DNA of 64,000 bases from the human T2T-CHM13v2.0 reference genome, Homo sapiens: assembly GCF_009914755.1 (NCBI RefSeq), contig NC_060926.1; one strand, 5' to 3'. Positions 1-12,666 of this stretch are shown here, one piece after another. The position numbers and the translations under genes are program-made. The number at the start of each line of letters is the position of its first letter. Position 1 is the first letter of the stretch. Below the pieces are notes generated by a model. It was not told where the DNA came from, did no database searches, and was given only the letters and a program-made list of their open reading frames with translations.

Positions 1-557
1 ACTGTGATTAAAATCAGCAAAAATTATCTGAGGCGTTTGATACTCATTTAACCTTTAATAACCTTTAATCCCTGAGATTTAATTTTCTTCATTATGATGC
101 AATCTTTTCTTTCTTTTTTTTTAATCTGTGGAATACAATCTTCCTTAATTCTTTTCTTTTTAATAAAAAATTCTTCTCAAGTGAAACTAACTAGGTAACA
201 TTAAGGCCTTGCCACTAATTAATTTTACTGTATGTATGGATTTTTACTGGAATGTTGATATCTAAATTAAAGCATGGAATGAGACCTTAAATTCTAGTTG
301 ATCACATTTCTTCTGGTTCTTGGTTACCTTCACTTTTGTGGTTAAAGTAATACACATCCATTCAAGTTCTGCATATTGTCTATTACCATTTTGTTTTTCT
401 CTCTTCATAAGAATTTACTTTCTCTTAAGGTCTCAATAACTAGCAGAGTTTTTTTTTTTCTAAGTTTAATAGTTTACATATTTGATGTCTGCATCCCTTT
501 TTCATGTAATAGATTCCTTTGCTGATTGGTATTTACTACTAGTGGTATAAATTATTA

Positions 558-945
558 ACTGTTTACCACAATCATTCCCTTTTCCTTCTGGACACAGAGC
601 TAGGTTGTATTTCGCAGCCTCTCTCACAGTTTAGTGTGACCACAAGACTGAGGACATTGAAATGTGGTGGAAGTGATGGCTGTCTCTTTCAGACCTGGGC
701 TATAAAAACCTCTTAGACCACCGTTACTCTTTATGACCACTGGCTGACAGTGAAGGACTTAGAAGTCCTGAAAGATGGTGGGGTCATGAGATGGAAAAGA
801 CTGGGCCCCTAAATCACCCTGTGATAGTTCATCTCCTGACCACGCTCATTGAATTGTCAGCAAGACAGTAATTTTTATTATGGTAAATCACTATGATTTC
901 TGGGGATTTATCTACTACAGAAGGAAGTATTACCCTAATTTATAC
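558..945 (+). mobile_element. Old MaLR LTR (MLT1H/J-like), degraded
   Basis: MLT1-type motifs 'tatttcgcagcctctctcacagtttagtgtgaccacaagactgag' and a 3' end 'gatttctggggatttatctactacag...ccctaatttatac'; boundaries approximate. Confidence 0.65.
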
Positions 946-1104
946 GCCACTTAGTCCTGTTATACATTACACTCCATGTTGCTTTCTAAGATTTCGTTTT
1001 TCCCTTCTCTGTAATCTTCTTCATAGAAGGTACTTGACCCTCAGTGAGAGGGATTTTGAAATTCAAAGTAAAATATCACAATCATTTTCATTCCATGTTA
1101 TTTC

Positions 1105-1268
1105 AACAACAAACCTAAAATGCAGCTGTTATTTATCCTTATTCTACAGATGAAGACAAGGAGGCACAAAGAGTTAAGTGGTTTTTCAAAATCATACAGC
1201 AAATTTCTGAAAGGCCAGTATTCGAATACAATCTAGTCTGGTGCCAAAGCTCAGGTTTTTACATTATG
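1105..1268 (-). mobile_element. MIR SINE fragment
   Basis: MIR core 'ttctacagatgaagacaaggaggcacaaagagttaagtgg...attcgaatacaatctagtctggtgccaaagc'. Confidence 0.75.
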
Positions 1269-1929
1269 TCACCTTTTCTATCACGTCCTGGAAACCTCTA
1301 AAGATGCTTTAATGTTATCACAACTCCAACTGTCTCTTTCTCAACCAACAATAAATACTAAACTGCTGGAGAATCATTTATGCCCTGCAATGTCAGTGAG
1401 ACATTTAATAATTAAATAGTAATAGGAGGGCCAAAAAACATTTTCTTAAACTTTATTAATAATTCACTTTGGACAACATCCAAGAAGTCTGGTTATGCTG
1501 CATTCTGCACTTCATAGGGCTTGTTGTGATTCTACCTCTGTACCTAGGCCAATAAAAACATTGTAACACTTCTAAATCCCAAATGCAGAAATTAGGACAA
1601 AACTCCAAGGACTTAAAATAAGTTGTTAAATATTTTTTTGAATGTGAAAATCTCATAAATCATGAGTTCTATGAGGTGAGGTGACACTTGACATTGAGAT
1701 CTACACATCATCTTTATAGATAAGTCACATCTCTTATTGGTACAGCATTTTGATGACCTTGCTAGCACCTTTCTTGTGAGCCCCATGACTGTTCTCATCT
1801 TCCAAACGTCTTGTGATGTTCAGCAAGGAAGCTGTTGTTATCCCCAGTACAGTGAAAAAAAATGTTTCAATCACTGATCCTCAGCTAAGCTCATTCATAA
1901 AGCCAATTGACAAATGAATAATTCTAAGG

Positions 1930-2240
1930 TTTGGGCATTTATTGAGTTTCTTTGTGCCAGTTATAAACTTGATAAATATCATTTTACATTATCTTTACAT
2001 TTATTTAAATATTTATCAATCCCTGTTTTTCAAGTACTATATTTTGTGTGTGCTAGTATGCAGTAGTGAACCAGACGACAATATTCTTGATTTAAGGGTA
2101 CTTATAACAATATTTTGAAAAAAAATATGCTCATCATTCTGATACAGGTGAGGACTGAGGCTTATAAGACAGCTTATTCAAGCTCAAATAGCTGAATTTA
2201 CAGAAGCCAGAATTCAAATTCATGACCATTTGATATTAAG
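1930..2240 (-). mobile_element. L2 3' end and MIR fragments
   Basis: 'catttatttaaatatttat...gtgctagtatgcagtagtgaaccagac' (L2 tail) followed by 'gatacaggtgaggactgaggct...gccagaattcaaa' (MIR). Confidence 0.55.
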
Positions 2241-5200
2241 TGAGTAGTAAACTTGTCACCCAGGACAGGTCTAGGTTGAAAACATAGAAAAGAAAGCGGA
2301 AAACTTCCTAATTTTATGGAAATAATAATCTAATTAAGAAGACAGTACTTACATACAAAAATTGAAGATAATATAATTTAGGAAAAAACTGTACTGGCAA
2401 AATGATAAATGTTTTAATAGATTCGTGATGAAGTTTAAGAAAAGGGATAGGGACGGGTATGTTTCAATGGAGAATTCTATTGTTCTTTGGGTAGAGGTCT
2501 ACATGGTAGTGAAGAGAGAGAGCCCAGGGGAGGTACCCCAACATGTTGGAAAATGCAGAAAAGGCAGAGATTTATACTCGGATGATAAGAAAATAAACAC
2601 ATATAGAGTAGCTGGTTTAGAAAAAAACAAGTTTAGAGATGTAGATGGGATCTATTTGGAGATTGCTTTGAAAGCCAGGGAAAGAAGTTGATATATTTTA
2701 GGAGGATATTAGAAAGCAATTGTATTGATGTTTGTGCAAAAGTAAAGTATAAAAAAGTCTTCAGAGGATGTAGGCAGAGCAAAATGGTAGAACGGAAATC
2801 TCCACCAGTCATCCCCACCCCCCAATTCCTGCAAGGACACCAACTTAACAACTGTCTATACAGAAGAAACACCTCATAAAACAAAAAATCAGGTGAACCC
2901 TCATATAATCTGGTTTTAACATTGTTTCACTGAAAGAGGCACTAAAGAGACAGAAAAAAATAGCCTGGAATAGCTGACACCACCCCTCCCCTACATCCCC
3001 CCCACCCCCCACCCAGCAGCAGCTGCCTAGTGTGGAAAGTGTCTCTGGGTACTGAGGTAAGAAGAGCACAGCATTTGTGAGGCATTGAACTCAGTGCTGT
3101 CCTGCTAGTGTAGAAACAAAAATCAGAACAAAGTCAGTTGATGCCCACCCATGGAGGTAGCATTTAAAGCAGCCCTAGCTAGAGGGGAACCACAGATCCC
3201 AGTGGTCCAAACCTAAGTTCCCACAAACCTCATCACTGAGGGCTAAAGTGCTCTGGGTTTCTAAGTAAACTTGAAAGGCAGTCTGGGCCATAACGACTGC
3301 AACTCTTAGGTAAGTTCTGGTGCTGAGCTGGACCCAAAGACAGTGGACAGGAGCAGTACACACAATATACTAAGATGCCAGCTGGGGTGACTAAGAAAGT
3401 AGTGACTCTCTAACTCCCTCCCCTAACTCCAGGCTGTACAGCTCACAGCTTCAAGAGAGACCCCTTCTTTCAGCTTGAGGAGAGGAGAAGGAAGAATGGG
3501 GAGAATCTTCTCTTGTATCTTGGATACCAGCTCAGCCACAGCAGGATAGGGCATGGTCAGAGTTGTGAGGCCTCTGTTCCAGGTTCTAGCTAACAGATTA
3601 CATTTCTAGACACACCCTGGGCCAGAAGAGAATGCTTTTCCTTGAAGGGAAGGACCCAGTCCTGGCAGCATTCATCAAATGCCAACTGAAGAGCCCTTCA
3701 GCCCTGAATAACCAGCAACAATACCCAGGTACTATATTGAGGACCTTGGGTGAACCTCTGAGACTTGCTGGCTTCTGGTACCATCATGGACACAGGAGGG
3801 TAGAGCACCAAGTGGGCTCCTAGGGTCCCTGAATCCAGAACTTGCCTCTTAACTGGCATTTCTGGACCTGCCCCAGGCCAGAGGCAAGCCCACTCCCCTA
3901 AAGGGCGAATCCCAGGCCAGGCAGCATTCACCATAGCTGACTTAAGAGTTCTTGGGCCTTAAAGAAATATCAGTGGTAGTCTGGCAGTACTCCCCATGGC
4001 CTGTGATAGTGGTGGCTATGGGGTAAGTTTCCTCTGCATTTGGAAAGAGAATGGAAGAGTAGAAATGACTGTGGTTTAAGTGCCAGCTCAGCCACAGTAG
4101 AACAGAACACTAGGTAGACTTCTAAGGTTTTGATACTAGTGCCTGCATCCTGGACAGCACCTCTGGACCCACTTAGGGCCTGTGGGAACTCACCAACCTA
4201 AATAGAAGAACATAGGCCTGGCTGGCCTTGCCAAGTGCTGACTGTAGACCCTCAGGGCCTTGAACAAACATAGGCAGTAGCCAGGGAGTGGTAACAGCTA
4301 GCCATGGGCAAGACCCAGTGCTGTGCTGGCTTCAGGTCTGACCCACCACAGTCATAGTGGTGGTGACCACAGGCATGCTTGTGTCAATCTACTTCCAGAT
4401 TTAGGTGGCTCAGAACAGAGAAAGGAACTGTTTGTTTGGGAGAAACTAAGGGAAGAGAACAAGTATCTGTCTGGTAATCCAGAGAATTCTCCCAGATATT
4501 GTCCAAGACTGTCAAGGCAGTACTTCTATAAATCTGCAAGAATCACATTGTTACTGGGCTTGAGGTGCCCCCTAAGGCAGATACAGTTTAGATCACAACA
4601 CCTAAGTCCTTTCGAATATCTGCAAAGCCTTCTCAATAAGGACGGGCACAAACAAGCCCAGAGAGTGAAGACTACAGTAACTATCTAACTATTCAATGCC
4701 TTGACACTGAATAACACCTACCAGCGCCAGCACCATCCAGGAAAATATGACCTCATCAAATGAACTGAATAAGACACCAGGGACCAATCCTGGAAAAACT
4801 GAGATATGTGACATTTCAGGTAGAGAATTCAAAATAACTGTGTTGAGGAAACTCAAATAAATACAGGAGAACACAGAGAAGAAACTCAAAGTTCCATCAG
4901 ATAAATTTAACAAGTAAATTGAAATAATTAAATAGAATCAAACAGAAATTCTGGAGCTGAAAAATCTAATTAGTATACTGAAAAATGCATCATAGTCTTT
5001 TAATAGTAGAACTGATCAAGCAGAAGAAAGAATTAGTGAGCTTGAAGGCAGGCATTTGAAAATATGTAGTCAGAGGATACAAAAGAAAAAAGAATAAAAA
5101 AACAATGAAACATGCCTACAGGACCTAGAAAATAGTCTCAAAAAAAAAAAACAAAACAAAACAAAACAAAAAAAAACAGATCCAAGATGATTAGCCTTAG

Positions 5201-7922
5201 CCTTAGAGGTAGGGAGAGAGAGAGATCAAGGTAGAGCATTTATTCAAAGGAATAATAACAAAGAACTTCCCAAACCTAGAGAAAGATATCAATATCCAAG
5301 TACAAGAAGGTTATAGAACACCAAGCAGATTTAACCTAAAGAAGACTACCTCAAGGCATTTAATAATCAACCTCCCAAAGATCAAGGATAAAGAAAGGAC
5401 TCTAAAAGCAGTAACAGAAAAGAAGCAAATAACATGCAATGGAGTTCAAGTATGCCTGGCAGCAGAATTTTCAGTGAAAACCTTATAGGCCAGGAGAAAG
5501 TGGCATGACACATTGAAAGTGCTGAAGGATAAAAACTTTTACCCTAGAATAGTATATCTGCCAAAAATATGCATCAAGCATGAAGGAGAAATAAAGACTT
5601 TCCTGACAAAAAAAAGCTGAAGTATTTCATTAATACCATACCTGTCCTACAAGAAATGCTAAATGGGGTACTTCAATCAAAAGGAAAAGAACGTGAATGA
5701 GTGACAAGTAATCACCCGAAGGTAAAAAATTCATTGGTAGTAGTGAGTACACAGAAAAACACAGAATTTTATAAAATGATAACTGTGATGTGTAATTACT
5801 TTTATCTTAAGTAGGAAGAATAAGCAATGAACCACTAAAAAATAACTACAACAACATTTTAAGACATTGATAGCACAATAAGACATAAATAGAAAAAAAC
5901 AAAAAGTTTAAAAGCCTGGGAACAAAAGTAAGGTGCAGAGTTTTTATTTGTTTTCTTTTTGTTTGTTTATGCAAATAAGGTTAAGTTGTTATCAGGTTAA
6001 AATAATGGGTCATAAGATAATATTTGCAAACCTCATGATAATCTCCGACTCAAAAAACTTACAAGAGAGACATAAAATTAAAAGCAAGAAACATTTTTTA
6101 TTTTAGTTTTCATTTTTTATTCTTTTTTTTAATCACAAGTAAAAAAAAATCACCTTCACTAAAAGAAGACAGGAAGAAAAAAGGTAGAAAACAAAACCAT
6201 CAGAAAAATAAATAAGAAAATGGTAGGAGCAAGTCATTACTTAATAATAAAATTGAATGTAAATAGAGTAAACTCTCCAGTCAAAAGGCAGAGTGGCTGA
6301 ATGGATGAGCAAAAAAAGACCCATTGATCTGTTGCTTACAAGGAACACACTTCACCTAAAGAGTCACATAGAAAATAAAAGGATACAGAAAGATATTCCT
6401 TGCAAGTGAAACCAGAAAAGCAAGAGTAGCTATACATATATGAGACAAATAGATTTCAAGATAAAAACTATAAGTAGAAACAAGGAAGTCACGATATAAT
6501 GTTAAAGGGATCAATTCAGCAAGAGGATATAACAATTTTAAATATACATGCACCCAACAGTGGACCATCCAGATACATAAAGCAATATTATTAGAGCTAA
6601 AGAGAAAGGCCCCAATACAATAATAGCTGGAGACTTCAAGACAACACTTTCAGCATTGGACAGATTTTCCAAGTAGAAAAGCAATGAAGAAACATCAGAC
6701 TTAACTGCACTATAGACCAAATGGATCTAATAAATATTTACAGAATACTTAATCCAATGGTTGCAGATTACACATTCTTTTCCTCAGCACATGGGTCATT
6801 CTCAAGGATAGACAAGGTCACAAAACAAATCTAAAAACATTCAGAAAAACTGAAATAATATCAAGCATCTTCTCTGATCACAATAGAATACAAGAAATTA
6901 ACAAGATGGATTTTGAAAACTATACAAATACACGGAAATTAAACAATGTGCTCCTGATTCACCAGCAGGGTCAATGAAGAAATCAAGAAGGAAATTTTTT
7001 GAAACAAACTGTAATGGGAAAACAACATACCAAAACCTATGGGATACAGTAAAAGCACTACTAAGAGGAAAGTTTATAGCTATAAGTGCCTATATTTAAA
7101 AAAAAAGCTTCAAATAAACAATCCAATGAGGTATGCTAAAGAACTAAAAAATCAGGAGTAAACCAACCTGAAAATTAGAAGAAACAATACAGATCAGAGC
7201 AGAAGTCAATGAAATTGAAATAAAGAAAACAATACAAAAGATCAATGAAACAAAAAGTTGGTGTTTTGCAAGAATAAACAAAAATTGACAAACCTTTAGC
7301 CAGACTAAGAAAACCATACAGAAGATACTAATGAATAAAATCAGAAAAAAAGACATTACAAGTGATACTGAAGAAATTCAAAGACTCATTACTGGCTACT
7401 ATGAGCAACTATATGCCAATAAATTGGAAAATCTAGAAGAAATGGGACAAATACCTAGACACATCCAACCTACCAAGATTGAACCAGGAAGAAATCCAAA
7501 ACCTGAACAGACCAATAACAAGTAACAAGATTAAAACAATAATAAAAATCTTCCAGTAAAGAAAAGCCCAAGACCCAACAGCTTCACTGCTGAATTCTAC
7601 CAAACATTTAAGGAAGGAATAATACCAATCCTATTCAAACTCAAATTCTGAATAGAGGAAGAGGAACTACTTTCAAACTCATTCTACAAAGCCAGTATTA
7701 CCCTGATAACAAAACCAGACAAAGACACATCAAAAAAGAAAACCACAGACAAATATCCCTGAGAAATATAGATTCTATAATAAAAACTATAAGACACTGA
7801 TTAAAGAAATTGAAGAGAACACCAAAAAATGGAAAAATATTCCATGTTCATGGATTAGAATAATCAATATTGTTAAAATGTCCATTTTTGATGCAAAAAT
7901 CTTCAGCAAAATACTAGCAAAC

Positions 7923-8477
7923 CGTATTAGTCCATTTTCACACTGCTGATAAAGACATTTTTGTCAAAGGCACTCTCAAGTCTCTAGAGAGTTCCAAACC
8001 TTCCCACATTTTCCTGTCTTCTTCTGAGCCCTCCAAACTGTTCCAGCCTCTTCCTGTTACCCAGTTCTAAAGTTGCTTCCACATTTTAGGGTATCTTGTC
8101 AGCAGTGCCCCACTCTACTAGTACCAATTTACTGTATTAGTCTGTTTTCATGCTGTTGATAAAGACATACCTGAGACTGGGAATAAAAAGAGGTTTAATG
8201 GACTTGCAGTTACACGTGGCTTGGGTGGCCTCACAATCATGGAGGAAGGCAAGGAGTAGCAAGTACATCTTACATGGATGGCAGCAGGCAAAAAGAGAGA
8301 TTGCCCAGGGAAACTCACCCTTAAAAAACCATCAGATCTCGGGAGACTGATTCACTATAATGAGTACAACATGAGAAAAACCTGCCCCTATGATTCAACT
8401 ACCCCCAACTTGTTCCCTCCTACAACACTTGGAAATTCAAGGTGAGGTTTTGGTGGGGACACAGCCAAACCATATCA
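7923..8477 (-). mobile_element. THE1 (THE1B/C-like) MaLR element with internal deletion: complete LTR 8133-8477, about 175 bp internal sequence, 36-bp tip of the second LTR
   Basis: Two copies of '(t/c)gtattagtc..ttttca..ctg.tgataaagacat' (7923, 8133); end 'acagccaaaccatatca'; 5-bp TSD caaac at 7918-7922 and 8478-8482. Confidence 0.92.
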
Positions 8478-9721
8478 CAAACCAAATTCAACAATACATT
8501 AGAAAGATCATTCATCATGACCAAGTGGGATTTATCCCTGATATGCAAGGATGGTTTAACATATGCAAATCAAGCAATGTGATACATCATATCAACAGAA
8601 TGAAATGTAAAAAATTACATAATCACTTCAATTGATGCTGAAAAAGCATTGGATAAAATTCAACATGCCTTCATACTGCATACCCTCAAAAAACTGGGTA
8701 TAGAAGAAACATACCTCAACATAATAAAAGTCATATACAACAGACCCAAAGCTAATATCATACTGAATGAGGAAAAACTGAAATCCTTTCCTCTAAGATC
8801 TGGAACATGAAAAGAATGCCCACTTTCACCACCATTTTTAAACATAGTAGTGGAAGTCCTAGCTACAGCAGTGAGAGAAGAGAAAGAAATAAAGGACATC
8901 CAAATTGAAGTGGAAGAAGTCAAATCATCCTTGTTTGCAGATGATATAATCTTATATTTGGGAAAACCTAAAGACTCCATAAAGAAACCATGGGAACTTC
9001 TAAATAAATTTTTAAAAGTTGCAGGATACAAAATTAACCTACAAAAATCAGTAGCATTTCTATATGTCAACTGTGAACAATCTGAAAAGAAAATTTAAAA
9101 AGCAATCCCATTTATTATAGCTGTAAATAAAATACTTAGAAATCAATGAAGGAAGGGAAAGATCTCTATGATAAAAACTAGAAAACACTGATGAAAGAAA
9201 TTCAAGAGGAAACAAAAAGGAAAAATATTCCATATTCATGGATTGAATCAATATTGTTAAAATGTTCACACTACCCAAAGAAATCTGCAGTTTCAATGCA
9301 ATACCTATGAAAATACCAATGAACCAGTGACATTCTTCACAGAAATAGAAAAAATTATCTTAAAATGTATACAGACCCACAAGAGACCTATAATAGCCCA
9401 AGCTATACTAATCAAGAAGAACAAAATTGGAGGAATTACATTACATGACTTCCAATTACACTACAGAACTACAATAAGCAAAAATACATGGTACAGGGAT
9501 AAAAACAGACACATAGACCAACAGAACAAAATAGATAACCCAGAAATAAATCTAAACATCTACAGTGAACTCATTTTTGACAAAGTTTGTAAGAACTTAA
9601 CACTGAGGAAAAGGTAGTCTCTTCAATAAATGGTGCTAAGAAAACTGGATATTCATATGCAGAAGAATGAAACTAGACCCCTCTCTGTCACTATATACAA
9701 AAATCAAATCAAAATGGATTA

Positions 9722-10189
<468 letters not shown>

Positions 10190-11727
10190 TCACATCTAGT
10201 TAAAAAGCTTCTGCACAGCAAAGGAAATAATCAAAGTGAAGAGACAACCCACAGAATGGAAGAAAATATTTGCAAACTGCCCATCTAAGAAGAAGTTAAC
10301 AACCAGAATATATAAGGAACTCAAACAACTCTATAGGAAAAAAATCTAACAGTCTGATCAAGAAATGGGCAAAATTTTTGAATAGACATTTTGCAAAAGA
10401 CACAAATGGCAAACACACATAGGAAAAGGTGCTCAACATCATGAGTCATCAGAGAAATGCAAATAAAAACTACAATAAGACATGTTACCCCAGCTAAAAT
10501 GGCTTATATCCAAAATATAGGCAATAACGAATGCTAGTGTAGGTGTGGAGAAAAGGGAACACTCTTACACTGTTGTTGGGTATGTAAGTTAATAAAACCA
10601 CTAGGGAGAACAGTTCAGAGGTTCCTCAAAAAAACTAAAAATTGAGCTACCGTATGACTCAGCAATTCCACTGCTGGGTATATACCCAAAAGAAAGGAAA
10701 TCAGTATATTGAAGAGATATTTGCACTCCCGTGTTTGTTGCAGCACTGTTCACAATAGCCAAGATTTGGAAGCAACCCAAGTGTCCATCAACAGACGAAT
10801 GTGTAAATATTTTATCCATTTTCTTTATTCATTGATCCATTGATATCCATTGGTACATATACACAATGAAATACTATTGGTACAATGGTATCCATTGGTG
10901 CATATACACAATGGACGATGGGATATAGAGTATGGAAGGATTGTTACCAGAGGATGGGGGTTGGGGGGAGAAGGTGGGGATGGCTAATGGGTACCAAAAA
11001 AGGTAATTAAAAGTGTTAATAAGCCCTACTATTTGGTAACACAGCAGAATGACTACAGTCAATAACTTAATTGTACATTTTAAAATAAGTAAAAGAGTGT
11101 AATGAATTGCTTGTAACACAAAGGTTAAATGCTTGAGGTGAAGGATACCCCATTCTCTGTGATGTGATAATTCTGCATTGTATGCCTGTATCAAAATATC
11201 TTATGTACCCCATAAATGTATATACCTACTATGTACCCAGAAAAATTAAATAAATTAAAAACCAAAAGACAAAAAAAAAAACTTTATTTTTTTTTTTTCT
11301 AAAAAGGCATCAGCATCTACCCAGGTATAATAGAGTGGAAATTCTCAGGTTGTAATTCCCTTTATGTAAATAATATTTTAACTCAAAGGAGAAACTCTAG
11401 TGGAGATTTTTTTGAATTTATTGAGATCAATATGAATGGTATGTTGACACAATGTGTTTCTCTAATAAGTTCTGCTTCTAAGAATTCAAAATCCTCTCAA
11501 TAATATGCATGTTATATTCTGTTCTGTTTATAGCTTGAGAGTTTTTTTCTTTGACATTTCTATCTTCAAATTGATGTCTTTACCAAGACAAACAGTGGTA
11601 TGCAAAAGAAGAAGGACAACAGTAAAATTAAATAGGAAAAATAACACCAAAGTTTATTAGTGAGGTTAACCTAGGAAGCTACATAAGGTAAATAGGAAGT
11701 TCATTTTGTAAGTTAAATAAATCTACT

Positions 11728-12429
11728 TGAAACCAACTTTGCAAAAGTTATAACAGTGAAAAAATTATGATAGTGAAAGAGGTCTAATCTAACCAACTCC
11801 CATCTTGCCTTGAATTGCCAAACTGCCCTTAAACATTCTTGGGCTTGGGTAAAGCTAGTTTTGTGAGACATTTAGTTTATAGTTTAAATTATAATAGCCC
11901 TTCCCAAAAACTTAACCACTTTTGTAAAGCTAAGAAAATGCCCTAGGTTAAGAGTATGGAAGGTGCCTGAATTCTGCTAAGGACTAGGTGGAATGATAAC
12001 CAGACATTATTCTAGAGGTCACAAGATTTGCAACTTCCCTAATTACTCCTACAGATAAAATCACTATTATAGAATGTAAAAGTGGAAATATCTTTTCAGA
12101 TTTTTGCATTTCTGACCACTGATGGCTCCAGCTGGATCCAACAACCATTTCTGTGCCCCACTCAACAGTGGACTCAGCCCACACAAGGACCATTTTCCAC
12201 TACTCTAGCATCCTCAACCACTCAGCAACACCAATTCCCTGGCCTACCAAACAATCCTTGAACAACTCTAGCCTCCAAATTTTGGGGGAGGCTGATTTCA
12301 GTAATAATAAAAGCTGGTCTGCTTAGCCAGCTCTGAATGAATTAAACTATTTCTCTATTGCAATTCCCCTGTCTTGATGAATTGGCTCCATGTGAATAGT
12401 GGGCAAAATGAACCCATTGGGCAGTTGCA
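11728..12429 (+). mobile_element. ERV1 solo LTR (LTR8A-like)
   Basis: Starts 'tgaaaccaactttgcaaaagttataacagtga', ends 'gaacccattgggcagttgca'; possible 4-bp TSD tact/tagt. Confidence 0.85.
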
Positions 12430-12504
12430 TAGTTGTAGCTCCTATTTAAGGGAGTATTTTCTAGCATGGTAATTACATTAGATTTTGACCTATGACATAT
12501 TTAA

Positions 12505-12657
12505 AAAATTAGTGGTTAGAAATATAAACTTTCAATTCAGACTGCCTGGATTTATATCATAGCTCAGATATTTGCTATGTGGCGTTGGGCATAACTACCC
12601 TTATAGGATTGCTATAAGAATTACATCTTAAAAATTCATTTAAAGAACTTAATACTG
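12505..12657 (+). mobile_element. MIR, 5' part; interrupted by the L1PA and continuing at about 17930-18025
   Basis: 'agtggttagaaatataaactttcaattcagactgcctggattta'; after the L1, 'gctctcaacaaatgttagct'. Confidence 0.65.
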
Positions 12658-12666
12658 ATCTTATCA

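Noticed and set aside
8850-9617. ORFs with reverse-transcriptase-like motifs
   Set aside because: Fragments of a dead L1 ORF2 with stops and frameshifts, not a gene
11260-11305. Poly-A abutting poly-T at the L1MA end; possible TSD with 2750-2761
   Set aside because: Low complexity; the TSD could not be established
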